From contig DAIUEJ010000009.1 in NCBI GenBank assembly GCA_036845225.1, positions 1,316-65,315 of the forward strand: a stretch of 64,000 nucleotides of DNA, read 5' to 3'. The position numbers and the translations under genes are program-made. Of this stretch, positions 57,297 through 64,000 are shown one piece after another. Position 1 is the first letter of the stretch. Each line of letters begins with the position of its first letter. The notes below the pieces were generated by a model, which had not been told where the DNA came from, did no database searches, and saw only the letters and a list, made by a program, of their open reading frames with translations. This stretch comes from Candidatus Anoxymicrobiaceae bacterium. GTDB taxonomy: Bacteria > Actinomycetota > Geothermincolia > Fen-727 > Anoxymicrobiaceae.

Positions 57297-58175
57297 TTGT
57301 ACGTGCGCAAGCCGGGCATAGTCATAAGGCCTCCCTCCGAGGCGGGAAGCTTCCTCCTGCAAGTGACCTACGGTTGCTCGCACAATCACTGCGCGTTCTG
57401 TGGGACCTACATGTTCACCAGGTTCGCCAGGCGGCCCTTCGACGAGATCGACGCGGAGATCGCCGCCACCGCCCGCTACAACCCCGGCGTCCGCCGGGTG
57501 TTCCTTTGCGACGGCGACGCGATGTGCCTCGAGACCGAGGAGCTGGAGGCGATACTGGACAGCCTCGCCGCGCACTTCGGCAAGCTCGAGAGGGTCGGTG
57601 TCTATTCGAACGCGCGGGACATCCTCGCAAAGACGCCCGCGCAGCTGGAGACGCTCAGCGCAAAGAAGCTCACGCTCGCCTACCTGGGACTGGAGAGCGG
57701 CAGCGACAGCATCCTCGAGAGCATGCGCAAAGGAGCCACCGCCGACGAGATGGTGGAGGCGGTTGTCAGGGCACAGGCTGCAGGCATAGCCGTCTCGGTC
57801 ATCGTACTGCTCGGCCTCGGCAGCTATGGCATGAGCCGCGAACACGCCGAGGCGTCGGCGCGGGTGGTCAGCCGGATGAACCCACGCTACCTCAGCGCCC
57901 TTACCCTGATGCTGCTTCCCAAGACGGCTCTCTACCAGCGACACAAAAAGGGACAGTTCGACCTCATGGATGCGCGGAGCATCCTCCAGGAGCTGCGCTG
58001 GTTCCTGCAGGACGTCGAGGTAGCCGGCCCGACCGTCTTCAGGACGAACCACGCTTCCAACTACCTGCCGCTCGCCGGCGACCTGCCCCGCGACAAGGAG
58101 AAGCTCCTTGCCATCATCGACCGGGGCCTTTCCGATTCATCCCTCTGGCGCCCGGAATCCCGCCGCGCGCTATAG
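57297..58175 (+). CDS. Radical SAM protein (function unknown)
   Basis: It has the CxxxCxxC cluster …YGCSHNHCAFCGT…, the downstream …FLCDGDAM… and a glycine-rich SAM motif, on a TIM-barrel scaffold. Confidence 0.85.
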   Translation: MYVRKPGIVIRPPSEAGSFLLQVTYGCSHNHCAFCGTYMFTRFARRPFDEIDAEIAATARYNPGVRRVFLCDGDAMCLETEELEAILDSLAAHFGKLERVGVYSNARDILAKTPAQLETLSAKKLTLAYLGLESGSDSILESMRKGATADEMVEAVVRAQAAGIAVSVIVLLGLGSYGMSREHAEASARVVSRMNPRYLSALTLMLLPKTALYQRHKKGQFDLMDARSILQELRWFLQDVEVAGPTVFRTNHASNYLPLAGDLPRDKEKLLAIIDRGLSDSSLWRPESRRAL

Positions 58176-58245
58176 CGCTGTAGCTGGCACTACGTCAGGG
58201 ATTTGCTGGCACGCCGCATCAGCAGCAACTTACTCTGGAAAGGAA

Positions 58246-58372
58246 GGCGAGGGGTGTCTTTCACGACCGACGTTCGAGTCAGCACTTACGATGACGAATT
58301 CCAGCAGGGCGAGGGGTGTCTTTCCCGAGCGACGTTCGAGTCCGCGAGCGGAGGGAGGGGAAGACACCCCGA
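58246..58372. repeat. Intergenic structured repeat element: two direct copies of a 35-nt motif plus an inverted partial copy
   Basis: One direct copy is ggcgaggggtgtctttcacgaccgacgttcgagtc (58246-58280) and the other is ggcgaggggtgtctttcccgagcgacgttcgagtc (58307-58341). After these, gggaagacacccc lies inverted, giving an 11-bp stem GGGGUGUCUUC/GAAGACACCCC. The element sits between the convergent radical SAM and DUF1015 genes. Confidence 0.75.
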
Positions 58373-58378
58373 GCCCCC

Positions 58379-59713
58379 TTACCACGAAGTGATCCGGTTC
58401 ATCACCACGCCCGAGCAAGGCTTCGGATAGAAGTACGTAGACTTCTGCGGCATCTTTTCGGAATGGTTCGCGACCTCGCGCACCTGTTCGACCCTGGTTG
58501 CGTTCAAAAGGAATGCGGCCGCGGCGCTGCCCGAGTCGACCAGCCGGACCGCCTCGAGCGGGTCGCGCGTGAAGACCAGGTTCGCTTCGACCGATTCCCT
58601 GTCGGCCGCGATCCCCAGCACCTTCTCGAGCACCAGCTTCTGGAATACGGTCACGTCCAGCTTCTTGTACGCGTCGGAGTAGTTTCCGTCTATCTCCTTA
58701 TCGAGGAGGAGGTTGCTCTTCCACGACAGGAGCAGGAACCTGCCGTCCTTCACAAAGGCGCCGAACACCCGCGTCGACTCGCCGGCCTTCTCCAACTGCC
58801 GCACCAGGTGGTACACCTGCCCGCTCCTCGGGCCTTTCGGCACCTCCACCTCCGCGATGGTGAACCATCGCTCGATGCCCTTGAGCATGCTGTCGATATC
58901 GACGCTGGAAGAGTCGAGCACGACGCGGTGGACGGGAAGCACCGAGAGCCCGGGGTTCTCCATCTCCACGATCATCATCATCAGGAAGTTCCGCGGGTCC
59001 TCGTCGTCCGTGATCTCGCCGGACTCGCGCCGGGACTTGCTGTACTCCAGAGCAGTCTGGTACCTGTGATGCCCGTCCGCGATGTAGAGCGGCTTCTTCT
59101 TCAAGAACGAGGACATCTTCTTGATGAAGGCTTCGTCTGAGATGCCCCATACGTCGTGTGCGACCCCGTCCGCGCTCTGGAACTGCGCCACCGGAAAGCG
59201 CTCCGTCTCTGCCAGAATCGGGTTTTTCAACTTCTCGCCGGGGTCAGAGTAGAGCGCCTGCACCACGCTCAGGTTGGTCCTGGTGTGCTCGAGCAGCTTC
59301 TTGCGGTCTGAGAGCGGTCTGGGCATTATGTCCTCATGTGGGAGGATGCCTCCCTCGGAGAACTCCTCGACCCTGACCCGCGCGATGAGCCCGGTGCACT
59401 CCTTGTAGTTGCTCTCCAGCAGGTAGCGCTGCCTGTAGAGGTACATGCTGGGCACCGAATCCTGGATGAGTATCCTCTGGGCGATCCACCTGTCCAGAAA
59501 CTGCGCGGCCCGCACGTACGGCTGCTCCGCATCCGAGTCGCTCTTCTTGGGCCGGTTGAGTATCAGCCTTATAACGTTGTAGGGATGCTTGTTGTAGAAG
59601 GCGTCGCGCTGTTCGTCGTCGATCACGTCATAGGGGGGAGCTACGACCAGCGAGAGGTCGCCGATCGCCTCACCGTTGTACCTCAAGCCCCTGAAAGGCC
59701 TTACATCCGCCAT
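58379..59713 (-). CDS. DUF1015 family protein
   Basis: The 444 aa product begins MADVRPFRGLRY…VAPPYDVI… and contains …ADGHHRY…, which are hallmark DUF1015 motifs. Confidence 0.85.
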   Translation of the reverse strand: MADVRPFRGLRYNGEAIGDLSLVVAPPYDVIDDEQRDAFYNKHPYNVIRLILNRPKKSDSDAEQPYVRAAQFLDRWIAQRILIQDSVPSMYLYRQRYLLESNYKECTGLIARVRVEEFSEGGILPHEDIMPRPLSDRKKLLEHTRTNLSVVQALYSDPGEKLKNPILAETERFPVAQFQSADGVAHDVWGISDEAFIKKMSSFLKKKPLYIADGHHRYQTALEYSKSRRESGEITDDEDPRNFLMMMIVEMENPGLSVLPVHRVVLDSSSVDIDSMLKGIERWFTIAEVEVPKGPRSGQVYHLVRQLEKAGESTRVFGAFVKDGRFLLLSWKSNLLLDKEIDGNYSDAYKKLDVTVFQKLVLEKVLGIAADRESVEANLVFTRDPLEAVRLVDSGSAAAAFLLNATRVEQVREVANHSEKMPQKSTYFYPKPCSGVVMNRITSW

Positions 59714-59777
59714 CTGTCCGCTGCCTCCCCGTCTCGTCGACCGGCGCGGGCCTCACCTCGCCGGCAATGAATGCATG

Positions 59778-59818
59778 ATAACAAAAAAGCGAAAGGCCCG
59801 GCTTTGCAGTCGGGCCTT
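59778..59818 (-). terminator. Rho-independent terminator downstream of 5S rRNA
   Basis: The minus-sense sequence is GGCCCGACUGCAAAGCCGGGCC followed by UUUCGCUUUUUUG. Confidence 0.7.
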
Positions 59819-59826
59819 TCGAAAAG

Positions 59827-59940
<114 letters not shown>

Positions 59941-59995
59941 TCTTTTTTTGTGGTGCCCTCGCACCCTCAAAGCTACACAGCGTATCAGAAGGTCG

Positions 59996-62998
<3,003 letters not shown>

Positions 62999-63004
62999 AA
63001 GACC

Positions 63005-63140
63005 TTCTATACAACACTGTGTAGCTTTCAAGGTGCGAGTGGGTCTCGCCACAAAATTTCTATCTTCGAGGCGGAAGCTCTCAAGCCTCGCCAAGTTTTC
63101 AATCAGCGTTTGCGCCAGTCAGGCGCTGCCACTCAGTCTC
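63005..63140 (-). promoter_or_regulatory. 23S-5S operon promoter/leader with processing-stem half
   Basis: It has a candidate -35/-10 (TTGAGA-16nt-TAGAAA). The leader segment CGCACCUUGAAAGCUACACAG is perfectly complementary to the 3' trailer CUGUGUAGCUUUGAGGGUGCG (59960-59985), giving an RNase III-type processing stem. Confidence 0.55.
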
Positions 63141-63578
63141 CTAGTAGCGCTGCCCCTGCCACTTCATGAAGCCGCCCACCAGTATCCCCACTCCGGCGAT
63201 GAGGCCTATGAAAGCCCCGTACCAGGGGATCTTGCTGAAACCGGAGATGCCGATCGTCCCTCCGATGGGCCGTAGCAGTATCACCAGTATCGTCAGCAAA
63301 ACCGATAGCCCGCCCGCCCCCAGGTACGCAAGCCCCGTCGGGAAAGGCAGGTCGACGTCGAAAATCGTCAGCGCCAGTACGGCTACAACAGCGAGCACGG
63401 ACAGTATCTGGATCCATCCGAAGCTGGGCCCGAAATTGAGCGATACCCCCTTCAGGCCCGCGAAGCCCCCGCTCAGCCGTAGGTGCACCCACGGGAGGAA
63501 CAGCGCGATAAACAGCAACAGGGCTGATCCGCCGGCAATCCAGTCAGGCGTCTCGACATTCGTAAGGTCTGGTTGCAC
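63141..63578 (-). CDS. Integral membrane protein (4 TM), unknown function
   Basis: The 145 aa product is hydrophobic with 4 predicted helices and has no recognisable motifs. It lies immediately upstream of the rRNA promoter. Confidence 0.5.
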   Translation of the reverse strand: MQPDLTNVETPDWIAGGSALLLFIALFLPWVHLRLSGGFAGLKGVSLNFGPSFGWIQILSVLAVVAVLALTIFDVDLPFPTGLAYLGAGGLSVLLTILVILLRPIGGTIGISGFSKIPWYGAFIGLIAGVGILVGGFMKWQGQRY

Positions 63579-63590
63579 GTTGCTCCCTTC

Positions 63591-64000
63591 CTAAAACTTC
63601 AACAGTCCGCCGACACCGATTGCCGCGCCGGCGAACAGCTCGAGTATGAGACCCGCGCTGATGGTCGCCTGAAATCCCGCGATGTTCGGCGGGACAGCAA
63701 GCCCGACGATGCACGCCATAAAAATTATCGAAGCTCCGAAGGCATACACCCACCCGGGGCTGCGAACCAGCCTGAAGTTCGGGTTGATGAACCTCCCGAC
63801 CAGGACAACAACCGCAAAGGCGAACACGCCTGCGCCAACGGCGAAGCAGATGACGCCCACCGGGTTGCTCGGATTGACACCTTTCAGGGCCTTTCCAGCA
63901 TGGCCTGCAGCAGGGCTGTACCACTTCACCGCGATGGCGAAGATCACAGCCGCAAACCCACCAACCAGGGCGATGAAGTCACCTACCGGTGATACGGCAT
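63591..64000 (-). CDS. Integral membrane protein, partial; the N-terminus runs off the window edge
   Basis: The hydrophobic ORF remains open in frame to the window edge. The track Met at 63947 is GTG and the frame continues upstream. Confidence 0.45.
   Translation of the reverse strand, partial: AVSPVGDFIALVGGFAAVIFAIAVKWYSPAAGHAGKALKGVNPSNPVGVICFAVGAGVFAFAVVVLVGRFINPNFRLVRSPGWVYAFGASIIFMACIVGLAVPPNIAGFQATISAGLILELFAGAAIGVGGLLKF

Noticed and set aside
58203-58430. Small ORFs (75, 94 and 62 aa) spanning the intergenic repeat element
   Set aside because: They are composed of the repeat itself. There is no RBS, the composition is atypical, and they overlap the convergent gene ends. Structured RNA or a repeat is the more parsimonious explanation.

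Overview
This is a 64 kb, high-GC (about 65%) chromosomal segment in which almost every gene lies on the minus strand. It carries a dense run of housekeeping genes with clear Actinomycetota-type synteny. That run includes nusA-rimP, secG-gpmI-tpiA-pgk-gap, whiA-rapZ-ogt-uvrC-uvrA-uvrB, coaE-rpsA-polA, an aromatic amino-acid operon (aroH, DAHP synthase, tyrA, aroA, cmk), and trpB2. It continues with rluB-scpB-scpA-trpS, an S2P protease, xerD, a NUDIX hydrolase, pyrG, mctB-steA-recN-nadK-tlyA-dxs, a paaK-ACT-yjbQ module, and a tRNA-Leu(CAA). A 23S-5S rRNA pair has its own promoter and no upstream 16S gene. The conserved backbone is interrupted by several accessory inserts. Between uvrB and coaE sits a lower-GC island that encodes a lipoprotein, a secreted tandem-repeat protein and a small Cys/Trp-rich protein. 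A GT4+GT2 glycosyltransferase pair sits inside the mctB-pyrG locus, and a DUF3866-like plus M20 peptidase pair sits between pyrG and the NUDIX gene. There is also a plus-strand cluster of a C45 acyltransferase, a crotonase and a radical SAM protein next to a repeated RNA-like element. The clearest new regulatory signal is a classic leader-peptide attenuator with three consecutive Trp codons (MKKKAVRSELNNWWWGS) immediately upstream of a stand-alone trpB2. The content points to an anaerobic, deep-branching actinobacterium-like organism; that placement is an inference. Coordinates read by eye from the sequence may be off by 1-2 nt.
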